From Pocillopora damicornis (taxonomy: Eukaryota), in assembly GCF_003704095.1 (NCBI RefSeq), contig NW_020845316.1:496001-558326 (forward strand): a stretch of DNA of 62,326 nt, given 5' to 3'. Positions 1 to 11,760 of the stretch are shown here, piece after piece. The position numbers and the translations under genes are program-made. Below the pieces are notes generated by a model, which was not told the origin of the DNA, made no database searches, and saw nothing but the letters and a program-made list of their open reading frames with translations. Numbering within the stretch: the first letter of the stretch is position 1; each line of letters starts with the position of its first letter.

Positions 1-1563
1 AGCACAAGAGACCTCTCCATCCAGCGAATAAATTACGAGAAAGAAGAAGCTATGAAAGAATTGTTGTTAACACGGATACGTGTCCAAGTTCAAACATAGT
101 GACTCAGGACAGATCGTGGTATTATCAAGACCGAACAGGCAAGTGTCGGTATCTGAGAGTCCCTGAGTCACCAGTACCACCTGTAGAATGGGTGTTCAAA
201 CGAACCCCGTCTCCATAAGATAGCCCACAATGCCGACAGAACTTTGACATACGAAATTTATTGGGGGTTTCTAATACGGGTCCCGACGGTAACGGTAACC
301 AAAGCCTAGCTCCCCAAATGAAAAAGGGTCGATGCGATCTTTAAGTTTCAACCCAGTAACAGGGCTGGAAGTAAGTGTTTGTGTGTGAAAAGTTCCAGTC
401 TGTATATCGAGATCTCTGTAACCGGCAAAGTCCGTTTCTCATTTCAAAATGAACACATCTCAAGATTGAGGGGGAAGTTGGGATGAATTCTGCTAGAGAA
501 AATAGAAAGTAGCGTTGCATCTTTCGAACGGTTACCGCGATATAGGTATGTTTCATTTTTGTTTTCCAGAGTTATTGATAAACGGCTTCCAACACAAGTC
601 ATAATATGACAATAACATTTCTTCTCAAGTTACATAAGTTATTTAACCTTTGTACGAAATCAATTAGCCGGCGATTGTTTACAACTGTGATAGCAAAAAA
701 AAAAATAAACTCCAGGCACGTCAAAACCGAAGATATATTTAGTTACATGTTTTACACAATAACACTTGTTATATTGACACTGAAATAAATTTGTATTGGA
801 ACAACAGGAAAGTTGTGGGTTTGAGTTTCCTGTCGCATTGTTAACATACTTAATGATATGAAGAGTAGATTTACGTGAACAACAATCGATAGATAAATGT
901 GGCATAAGATACATGTTAAAAGAAATTTCGGAAGCTTGACACATTATGTACTAATTGACTGAGAGGGAGGGCTGGATGGAAAAAATATTTGGCTTGAGGT
1001 TATAACGTACAGAATGCGTGCAGCAAGGTCCTTGCGTCACGATCGAGAGACGAACATTTTCCCGGCCGGCTGGACTTGCCTCAGTCAATAAACATTTTAT
1101 CTTATGACCATCGCTCTTTCCCTTTTTTTTTTTTTCTTCCTTGTTTTAACTCGCATCATACGGGGCCATACAACTTTTCTCCGCTCTGCTCAAGCTATCC
1201 CGTACGGCCCCCTCTCGAGGATTTTTAGGGAATGTTTTTCAAAAGATGCAGACTTGGGCCGTACGGGTTGTATGAAATTTAGAAGTCAGGATCTAAAATC
1301 TAAGGCAAATAATCTCATGTTTTAAGGTCTTAACTTGTGATTTAGGTTCGATAAGGTCGAAGTCTTGAACTGACTAGAAGCAGGTAACTCATCAAACACT
1401 GCATAAAGTAGCCATAGATTTATCAATACTATCTTGCATGTAAATAGTTTAGGGAGAAGTTTTTGCTTAAATAGTTGAAACAACACTTGTGGATGGACTG
1501 CAATCCTATTGGTCAGGTTCGTGTGCATCACAAGTGCTATTTGAATTACACGACATTCAGGCA

Positions 1564-3411
1564 TCACTCATCCTCCAGATTACTTGCTGAGTAGGACAAG
1601 TGATCAAAACGGAGACAGCAGGTATTCCTTGAGGGACCAGAAGTCGATGTTGTATTCGTTCTAGTCCTTTGCGAGTCTTTGCGCCATTTGACCCGTCTGT
1701 TTTTGAACCAGGTCTGAAAAATGTGCAACCTTGTTAATTTTAAACAGTATGCCTTGAATCAATGTTTCCTTGTATGCCAATATAAACTCAGAAATACCTT
1801 AATGATTTTCTCAGAAATCCCCAGTTCTTGTGTCAACCTGTGGTAATTCTGCATTGAAAGGAAGGGCGAGCAGCTAAATGTCTTCTCCAGCTCTCGCTTT
1901 TGATGAGTAGTAAACTTAGTACGACTTCGACGAGCTGTGAGTTTTGCCGGCTTAGTGGCAAGTTCCAGTGCTTCCTGAGGTATGGTACCTGCACAGGAAA
2001 GTTAATGTTATTAAATTCACACAAAACTTAAACCTCGACAAGCCATCTACAGGTAAAGTAGCTATGGACGGGTTTTGTCGATATCTACCACCTATCTAGG
2101 GTAAATTATAGCAGCAATCAAGTTTCTTCTTGAGAGAGAGCAAAAACATTGCAAGAGAAGAGATTGGGACGAGACGCGGGCTAGACAGGTTGCGCTTCGC
2201 CTCAGTCGCCTCTCACTATATCACATCACGTTTTTTTTTTCCCTCCTAGCTCCTAGTCCTGCCAGAAAGTAGCAAAAAACCAAAGATTAAAAATGAAAAA
2301 CTACTGCATGATAGTCCGAACAGATCTATGCAATGACGATACATATGTGAACAACAGTGTCACAGAAAGCTGAGATTGATTTTCAGTCACATGTTGTCGT
2401 GGTACTACAACCTAGTACCTAATCATCCTCACTGAATTTAGTATTTAAAAGAGCCGAACAATAAACTAAAAACTCAACTTCCCTTGGTTCCTTCTCAATT
2501 TTTTAAACTTTACAAGTTCACTTGTATGAGATCACCCGTTTTATTGAACTAGAACAATCCATCATGTTAAAAAGTCTCCGCGGATACAAAATACAATGAT
2601 TGTTTTTTTTCTAAAAATGATCGTAAAGGTACGAGAGCCTCTTTATGTTTCCGTTAACTCTGTGTAGCATTTTGACCCCTCGGCGTCCTTTTCTAGTCAA
2701 CGAAAGGTTGAAATCTGATGAAAAAGAACCGATAGATCGATTCATATTCCCCCAACAGTGATTCGTTTCGAGAAATGATAAAACATACATTAACTATATA
2801 ATTTCATACTGATGTGGAGTTCTGACCTTTCACTAAATCTACTGAGACGAGAGGCTGTGGTTTTTATCACAATAAGAGATGTGAGATAGAATGAGAATGA
2901 TTTAGTTTTTGTGGTACATCTTTCATGACTACGTCTATAATAACCTTTGAACGAGTAAAATCAATAGAGAGGGATTTTATATAAATTTATCTCGGTGGCC
3001 GAAAAAAGTCCTGCTCCCTCAAAGATCAAACCGCAGATCTTTGGATCGTTAGGTTAAATCCATGTCTTATTTCTGAGCTCAAGGAAATCAAGAAGTGAAC
3101 TGAACCACAAAAGCAGACATTTCGGCGCAGAATTATTTGAAGGGTCCATAACCTTTGATATTTAGCCTACGAACTTCATCATCTAAACAATGTGAAAAAA
3201 AAATTCCATTAGACGAACCTGATTCCTTTATGGCACCATCGATCAAGAAAACCTTCTCATCCGAGTTATCAGTCTGTCGATTCCATCTTTCTTCCCGGCC
3301 GGCGTAGCAAATTGTCGCTGGTCTGGGATAGTCGAGTTGGGAACGCTCAGACTGATTCAAGTTTTTTTGATGAATCATTCCAAAGCTGCAAGATAACGTG
3401 ATGTTTGCCAT
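1564..3411 (-). CDS. Divergent K50 homeobox gene A (3 exons: 3411-3153 tentative, 1988-1798, 1713-1564)
   Basis: Exons 1988-1798 and 1713-1564 splice (AAG|gtattt...tttcag|ACC, 84-nt intron) into a complete homeodomain ARRSRTKFTTHQKRELEKTFSCSPFLSMQNYHRLTQELGISEKIIK|TWFKNRRVKWRKDS. It has R5, F8, L16, F20, W48, F49, N51, R53; TGA stop at 1566-1564. Exon 1 is inferred from ORF 3133-3411 with a phase-1 donor AAG|gttatg at 3153/3152 that matches the phase-1 acceptor at 1988. Confidence 0.85.
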
Positions 3412-6044
3412 TTCCAGAATGCTCGATTTTCTGTGTTCCTATCCTAGATCATTCAAAATATGTAATCTAAATATGCGCTTTTTGCACGTAATTGTGTTTA
3501 TTTGTTTTCCTTTGGGTTTTTTAATTTTACGCAGCTTAAACTAAAATTTTCGAAAGAGAGTTTTCGAAAACAGATTAGATAGAAAACAAACGTCATAGAG
3601 CCACCCCTAGCAACCTCTTGTTTTTGCTTTAGCGCTTTGTTGTTTTTTTTTTCTGATTTTTTTGTCCATTCTTCCATTTTTTTTACGATTGGCACCATTC
3701 GTTAGATGGTTACAGCTCGTTACGCGTGTAATAATTTCATTGGGTTAATACAACACATTTTTCATTCATTTTAATTTACCATGGTACATCGACACTCTTC
3801 AACTTAGAGAACACAATCTCACAAGTCACGTCATGCGGACGAAAATATTGCCAGTATAGTCTCCCATGTTTATGCTTTAATCTTACTCAGTGAAATAGTC
3901 TTGACATTTCTGAATTTTCTGGTTTTTCAAGTAGGTTGTTAGGTGTTTACATTGCCTTCAGAACGAAATAAGAAATGTTAAAAAAAATATGAGTGAACTC
4001 AAGTAACTTTTTAACATCAAAAATGATTACGAAAAGTGACTAACTGAAACAATTATCTTTGTGCTATGTGTATTTTATGTAAGATCTCTACACGTGCACC
4101 TATTTTTCATAACGTTAACTTAGAAAAAAGCAAAAAGAAAAAAGAAAAAGCCAAATTGAACTTTATAAGCATATAAAACTACCCTCTTGCTACATGCCCA
4201 TGTAACAAGCGACATGTAAACATGAGCTCATAAGCTCATATAAACAAAGATATCTCCCAACTCTCCGCCAATTCATAAAAGTATATAAGCCATAAAGCTA
4301 ACCGAATTTAGCGTGAAGCTAGTCAATGTCACTTAGCAAAAATTCAACGTTAGAAATCGATGTTTCGGCAGCGAGATCGAACCGGTCCTCTTTTTGCACC
4401 TGCTTGTAAAGAGCCGGCAATCGCTATTGCCACATTACGTCACATCATAAATGGATGTTATAGATTAATTTCAAGTTTATCTCTCTCAAAATATTTCTAC
4501 GTTCGATACACCATTTAAACACTAAGCGTTATAAATTTTTCGGGCACAGTTGGGTGAATTGATGAGAAATCGCGCCTCACTGTTGCTCAGACGAGCTCTC
4601 CATCGGTTAGTTTTCAATTCAATCAAACCATAGGGACTCTTGTAAACGGTCATCTGCTGTATAATTTTCTATCAAATTCAAATGAGTCTGTCTCTTGGTA
4701 AGGGGTCGAGATAAAAAGTCACATAGCTACACCAGCCTAGAGGTCAGCAACTAACGGCACAGTTTTTTACAATTAAGAAATCATCAAGATCGAGCCGGTT
4801 CCCTTTCTGTAGTCTGGAAAATGTGTGCTATTATCGCCTAATAGATAACCCGGTAGGTAATTTACCTGAATCAGCCACTGGAAGATATTCAGTTCTTCTA
4901 ATCAAACCGTCAGATGAAATATCTTCCACGCACCCCAACTTGTAGAAGAGGGGAAGATAACCTCAGGCTTCAAGAGTAGCGCTCAGAGGTTACGCTTTCT
5001 CAGCTTTTTGGGTAATTTTTTTGATAAAAAACTGAAACTTGTTAGCGAGTAGAGTGGTATGTTGCTCGCACCATTAGAATATGTATCTCGCACCAATTAG
5101 TTTGCTGAATAAGGATATGTATTTCGCACCAACCATATCACAGCATTTGAATATCCTGCACCAATCACAGCGTTTGGGTGTTGTTTTCTTGCAAATTATT
5201 TCATGGAATTAGGGGGCTGGCACTGTGCGCAAAGAATTACATTAACCAGAAATTTGGACCCCATTTGATAAGTGTAATGGTTAATGGCCTTCGCAAGAGC
5301 CACGTCGAGATGTTTTGGGATATGAAACGTTCTCATTGAACTTTTCGTATCATTTTTAGGTTAAAACGTGTTTTTCTACCCCTTTGCTCACAGCGCACAC
5401 GCCAAACAACTTACATTCCATCACGTACTATGAAAACAACGTCCAAAATTCCAATCAGAAGATACCCAATTACTGCACTACATGAACATTAGGAAATTTT
5501 TCACATGCTTGAATTATATTCAACCAATCAAATTCCATGTTGCCACATAAGACTTGGCTCCATCACGTGTCACTTTTTTTTTTTTTTCTATAGACAACCT
5601 GCTTTTTATCACGTACTCTGATTGCGTTGTCCAACCCCGCTGAAAAAAATTCACATGGAACTAAATGCTACTGATGGTGAACTTTCCACGCAATTCTTCC
5701 GCGTTTTGACTTCATCTAAAGATAAAATTCGCTTTTAATTAACTTGGTCTTAACCCAATCGCGTGTTAATTCCTTGTAAGTAACCTGCATCTTATTACGT
5801 ATTTCACACACAGAGAGGCAACAACCAATCAAGGAGCCCTTTTTGGAATATTCTCGTTTTCTTTTGTTTAATGTAACTTCACTATTCGGAGATCGCAAGA
5901 TATCCCTGCTTAGGATCTAATGGAGATACAACAGAGTTTCAGTTTGCTTTTCGTAGTAAAATTACGTGGAATCATATTTTTGAGGCAACTAATTGGCGAC
6001 GAATAATTTTGATTTTCTTCCTGTAAGAGGAACGGCAGTAAGCG

Positions 6045-6154
6045 TAGTCTCTTACGCAGTCGTTATTTGGTCACGTCACGCAACACGCTCTCTCTCCAAC
6101 GGGGAATAGAGGGCGTTGTGTGACGAGATCAAACAACGGCTGTGAAGGAGACAA
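6045..6154. mobile_element. ~110-bp non-autonomous TIR element, Academ(H)-like
   Basis: Imperfect inverted ends TAGTCTC...GAGACAA, flanked by near-identical 9-mers CAGTAAGCG (6036-6044) and CAGTAAGCT (6155-6163). TAG..CTA ends with a ~9-bp TSD fit AcademH as I recall it. Confidence 0.55.
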
Positions 6155-6765
6155 CAGTAAGCTTGGCACAAAGCATTTGATTTTTGATTAGAGGTATTTC
6201 GACAATAGAGAAAATAGACCACAAAATACCTGTGTGAGTTCAGATAAATTAGGTTTTTTTTGTCTTTCTCTTAAAGTGACGTAATGCAATAGTTTCGTTC
6301 TCTTGAAAGTTTTGCTCTTTTTCTGTTACAAAAATGAAAACATTAGGTTCACAAAGCGTCCCACCTCGACTTACCCAGCCAAAACATAATTCTTGCATGC
6401 TACGCATGCCCCGTTGTTGTTTTTTTTTTCAATCGTCATTACGTCATCATGGTGAATGCCACAAACCACAAACCGCAAGCTGCCAAACATTACACATCAG
6501 ATTTCACCACAGAACCACTAACTAATAAGCTGTTATTCTCAAATTAGTCGCGCCGCAGGAACGCTCACTAAAAATTAGAAAAATTATCATTGGAAGAGGG
6601 GTATGAACGGGGGATAAGTTCTCTCAGTTGATATTCTGTTAGTAAAAACTATTCCACGATGAGCTCCTCAAGAGATGTAGAAAGATGTTTTCTCTCTGAA
6701 AAGAATCAATAGGGATTTTTGTAGGAATAAATGATCAGTTTAAGTCGTTCAGTCGGACTCCTTAA

Positions 6766-6969
6766 CCCTTTAACTCCCATGAGTGACCAAGAGAGAATTT
6801 CTCCTTACAATATCAATGCAATATCAACCAGACTAGTGATGAAAATAAAGAAAAGTCTTATTTAGGGGATTATCGGTTGATCCAATACCAAATTCTACAA
6901 ACTAACATCAGAAGAACTATATGGCAGACAGTAAGGAGAATTAATAATGAGATCTTGGGAGTTAAAGGG
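6766..6969. mobile_element. piggyBac-like MITE (TTAA TSD), intact copy
   Basis: 14-bp TIRs CCCTTTAACTCCCA / TGGGAGTTAAAGGG flanked by TTAA at 6762-6765 and 6970-6973. Same family at 25032-25234, ~30865-31012, 32524-32697 and ~36314-36493. Confidence 0.85.
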
Positions 6970-7500
6970 TTAAGAAACGGGAAAAATGCAATAAGTAAAT
7001 CTATCGAGACCCATGATTTGGTCAAGGTTACTGTTTTTTCCACTGATTCGTTCAACGGATTTCGCTTGGAGAGAGGGCACGCTCTTAAGTCCCATTCACA
7101 ACAACAACAAAACATGTTCAGTTAAACCAGGTTTAACTGAAAGAAAATCAGCTACAGCAAAAAGAAAAACTAAAGTTTGCAAAGAAGGGTCTGAAAGGGG
7201 TTAACCGACTTACTGAAAAAGGGTTAAATATAACTGACTACCGACACAACGCAAAAAGATTACTGATTAGCGAAAAGTGAATACTGACCGACATCCGATA
7301 TGGTCCGACATTGTCGATATTTGTGATCACAAAGAAGATCACTTTAGCTTAGGAGGTAACTACTTTAAATTGAACATTCAAATAATTATAGAATTTCCTG
7401 TCATCAAACTTCCTTCAAGGCGGGTTCGGAGCGCGGGCTCATTTCCAGAACAACATCCAGTACTAACGAACTCGTATATATAACTTGCATTGTTAATCAT

Positions 7501-7682
7501 NNNNNNNNNNNNNNNNNNNNNNNNNNNNNNNNNNNNNNNNNNNNNNNNNNNNNNNNNNNNNNNNNNNNNNNNNNNNNNNNNNNNNNNNNNNNNNNNNNNN
7601 NNNNNNNNNNNNNNNNNNNNNNNNNNNNNNNNNNNNNNNNNNNNNNNNNNNNNNNNNNNNNNNNNNNNNNNNNNNNNNNNNN
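7501..7682. other. Assembly gap (others at 14034-14125, 53422-53521, 59677-59970, 60095-60195)
   Basis: Runs of N; ORF-track entries crossing them are artefacts. Confidence 1.
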
Positions 7683-9349
7683 AACAGCCTTAGCTTTGGT
7701 CTGAATAAGGTGTTACCCTGAAAGGGAGCCATGTTTCGAAATACGCCTTTAGTAATAAAAACGAGTTCGTTTATTTTTTCTATGTAAAGTAATAAAGGTG
7801 AAAAAGTGAAACTCTTGAGCTGGTTCTTTTCTTCGGCTTTTTTTTCGACGTAGACGGGGGTTATTGCGCGATAACCGTCCGATGATTTTCACCACGTGAC
7901 GTTGCGTAACCATGAGAATCACGGGAAAATCAATGAGTGGGTTATAAAATAACAAAAACTTCACTACTTATATGGGGTAAAGTACATTTAAATATGATCT
8001 GCTGCGCTTATATAACACCACAACTACGTCAATCAAAGGAGTTTAGACCAATTCTACCGACAGAAGTATCACATTCATAATAACTTGCTTTTTGAGAGTG
8101 AATTACCATCCACACTGGAATAATCACAAATTTTGATGCTAAAACTTTGAGCTCTTTGATTTCATCAAAAGTTATTGTATGACATATACTGAACTATTCG
8201 TGATAGATTCAAATATGTACTTATTCCTGGTTACTGAAAAGACGTATAAAATTAACCGCTCGTGGCTAACAACGATCAAAAACATTTTCGTCTTGAGAGA
8301 TCGGTTTTCCCCTCTGTTAACAATTAGTGATTTATAATAGTTATTAACTATCAGGGTGAAGACCTGTGATCGGTGAACAGGTTAGTATTAAAAAGTTACT
8401 GTAACATCTGAATAAACCTGATAAAACATTCCTATTTGTGGCTTGCTCTAACGTTAGCACAAGTCTTAGCCTCATTCCCGAGAAAATAAGTTTGCAAAAA
8501 GGTCCATTTTGAACTGTTGACCTTTTCCTTATAAAGAAGAAGACTGGGGGCACAAAATATATTTCTGGAATTCTGTAACAATTTAGCCGTGCAAACATCA
8601 AATGCTCAAATCTGGTTGTTAATAATAACGCTGCACAACTTTCTTCCCTTCCCTCTCAATTGTGATGCAATTTTTGCCCAAAAAGTCTATGCAAATCACA
8701 ATGCCTTAATGCCTTAATTTCATAAATAGTACGTTTTCCGTTAACGTTGCCCCTTCTTCTTCTTCTTCGGTCCGCTTTCGCCAGACATATATCAGTCGAG
8801 CTCCGTTGGGAACTGGATCGAGTGTGACGTCAAGTGACGTCATTTTTTAGTGACTAGTTTGATCATTCTACAATTTGTGAACCAAGCATAGTTTGTATGT
8901 AGCATGAGATTTTAGTGCTTTTAGAAGTTAGTGTCATTCTACATATAAAGTTAGCATGCTTCAAACAAACAAATAATAGTAATAATAATGATGCTAATGA
9001 AAGTGGTAATAAATATGACAAACATAGTTTCAACGAGAAAAAAACATGATAAATATAACAACAGTTAGTTTTATAAATAATTTTTTTCCGGGTTGTAATG
9101 AGGCTTTCTATATCCTCTATTTAAGTTTAAAAAGTGTTGGGAATCAAGAATACAAGACGTAATACCTTCGAAAGACAGTAATATAATAAGATGTTTGAAA
9201 TATGTGGAGGAGCAAGTCCAGTGAGAGCAGTGAAAGTGATGAGTCAATTTTAAAGAATTAGTGGAAAAATCGAACAAATATATAATTGCCTCAAGGCATA
9301 AGTAAAGCATATCAATTATTCATCTGCCATTTTTAAAAACGAATTAAAA

Positions 9350-11414
9350 CTATGATTTGCTGATGTACGAGGCTTGTGGAGAACCAAGCAACATCCGTGC
9401 ATCACGCACCATAAGTTTGCTATTAGGATATGGCACGTGACCCAAATAGGTAAAGTAGGGACCAGTCCTAAGGGATGCAGGAGCTAAGCCCTCACCGGTC
9501 TGTCGCTCTTCTTTCCGCCATTTCACACGTCTGTTCTTGAACCAAGTCTTAAAAAGAAATACAAGATGTTCGAATTAATATTGCCCTTGATGCTGATTTT
9601 CCCTGTGGACGGAGGAATGCGAGAATGAATTTAGAAGAAAATAATTGGTGTTTTGGAAGCCAAAGTTAAGGGCTGATGATGCGCAAATATTTATGAATCT
9701 AAATTTAGACGAACGAAGCAGGAAATGACCGGTCACCTGCACTAAGATATGATTGGTTGACATTCTAGGACGTGGCTATGTAACGTAATCACTTCTCTTC
9801 CTTTACGTGTACTGTACACCAGTTAGGATGCCAAGGTCAAGGGCTGATGTCGTGCAAGTCCTTAACATGTTGATTGGTTAAATTTTGAGATTGGCCCTAA
9901 TGACGTCATTTCCTTCACCTGCGCCTCCTCCACCTCCTTATTACTCTCAAGATCTCATAGCGACTCTCCCTCCCTCCCTCCCTCCCTCTGTGTAAATGCA
10001 ATGATGGTTTCAATTAATATGAAGACAGTGGAGATGTTTTGAATGTATGATGTCTTTTTAAATCAAAAGGTTTTTGAGAAAATCACTTAATTGGGATCGG
10101 TGAGGAGAAAGAAATGACACGCACAACATGGGCACAATACCGTGACACATTACTTGAAAAGCATTAGGGCAATTCTACTTTACACATCATTTTTGAAATT
10201 GCGCTCAAATCGCACTCTATGAGAATTGTCCAGTTTGGACAGAATCTTCAAACTACTTGCTTTCATGACAATCTTTCAACTATTATAATGTATTCAATGA
10301 AAGAAGTGATCTTTGGTGTTGTTTTTCCATCTAAAAACGAGAGCAGAATGATTTAGTACTAAGATCTACCTGGATTTTTTCACATGAAATTCCCAGTTCT
10401 TGAGATAATGCTAGGCGTTTCTGAGCTGAAATATACTGTGACAGAGAAAATGTCTTCTCCAACACACATCTTTGATAAACAGTGAATTGAACTCTTGTAC
10501 ATTTGACTGGTTCTTTTACTGGCCCTTCCCTCTTTTTTTGAGGCTCTGTATGCGAGAAAAGAAAAGCAAATTATGATGATGCCATTCCAGAAATGTTGAC
10601 GGGAAAATACCCGTCGGCTGCTTGACGATTTTATTTGTACTGGCAGCCGACAAGTTCATTTAACATGCCCTGACAACAGGAACATAAAAAAGCTACTAAT
10701 GATCTTATGGATGTGGTGTCCAAACGTTACCGAGTCGATTCTTTCTCTTCATCTGCAGAAATCCAGTTGAAACGTTGCAAGTTGGTAAGCGTTCAGGATT
10801 AGAATTTTGGAAGTAAAAAAGGGATTGGAATTCATAATTTGGGCCGCGTGGATGATATATTTTTTTTGTCTTTTTATTGTTTCCTTCTTTTGAAAAATTA
10901 GAGAAAATTATTCATTTTTTAAGAAACGGGTATGGTTCTTCTCATAACTTTATCTATCAAGGATTTGATTTTTTTCAGAAAATTAAGAAATTCAAAAGCC
11001 TTATTCAACTGCTCTTTTTCATTTTTTTTCCACTTACCTCCTTCGCCGTCGGTAAAATTAAACAAAAATTATGTATGACTATCCATGTATTTCGGAAACG
11101 TGAATAGTCTCGTCTCCTCTCTCCTAATCGAAGATTTACCATTTCGGTATAAGTTCAAAAGCTATTTTCCATGCTATGAATGCACGATTACGGCGGGCTA
11201 CATCACTTAATATTATCTTTTACCAACCTCTTGTTGGGTTCACTCGAATAACGGTGCTTGTCTCTTTTGGGAAACTATGGGCAGTGACATTTTGGACGAC
11301 AGAAATCGTCACGGGTTCAGCGTACAGACATCCAGGGCAAGCTGATGGCTCATCCATGATTCGAGAAGAACTGGTCGAACCAGCACCACTTTGATAGACG
11401 TGATAAAAGGCCAT
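9350..11414 (-). CDS. Divergent K50 homeobox gene B (homeobox exons 10545-10370 and 9547-9350; 5' exon(s) from ATG 11414 tentative)
   Basis: Polypyrimidine acceptor ...tctcgcatacag|AG at 10545, donor CAG|gtagat at 10370 and acceptor ttttaag|ACT at 9547 give VKCTRVQFTVYQRCVLEKTFSLSQYISAQKRLALSQELGISCEKIQ|TWFKNRRVKWRKEE...; TAG stop at 9352-9350. The upstream ORF 11414-11220 has a phase-1 donor near 11228 and a TATA-like element near 11503-11508. Extra small exons (~11124-11038, 10752-10731) are possible but ambiguous. Confidence 0.85.
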
Positions 11415-11760
11415 GTTAATTCTGGTTGAGTCTGCATTAACTAAGTTTTAACGCTTCATTTAACCAATCTATTTCTACTCTTCAACTCCTCTCTGCCAAT
11501 CATTTATATTAACGTCTATTTTAGTGAAAAACAAATGGGAATGACGTCACTAAAGCGCTCTTCCAATTAACGCGTTAAAGACTTGCATGACATCAGCCCT
11601 GACCTTGACATCCTAGCTGGTATATGGCACACGTAAGGGAAGAGAGGTGATAACGTATTAAAGCCACGCCTAAAAATATTAACCAATCGTCTTAAATGAG
11701 TTGACATCAATCTATGCTTCGTTCGTTCGAACATGGGACCATCATCTATTTGCGCAGCAA
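9680..11760. repeat. Pair of diverged inverted copies (~9680-9913 and ~11538-11760) of a motif-rich segment
   Basis: For example 9801-9862 CTTTACGTG...GGATGCCAAGGTCAAGGGCTGATGTCGTGCAAGTC is the reverse complement of 11580-11640 GACTTGCATGACATCAGCCCTGACCTTGACATCC...CACGTAAGG. Both copies carry TGACGTCA and CCAAT. Confidence 0.8.

Noticed and set aside
1-556. Minus-strand ORF 341-556 and exon-like segments near the window start
   Set aside because: No recognisable protein motif and no consistent splice model; it may belong to a gene outside the window.
6870-7125. Overlapping ORFs on both strands (also 30869-31087, 32435-32638, 34247-34510)
   Set aside because: They are translations of the non-coding TTAA MITE.
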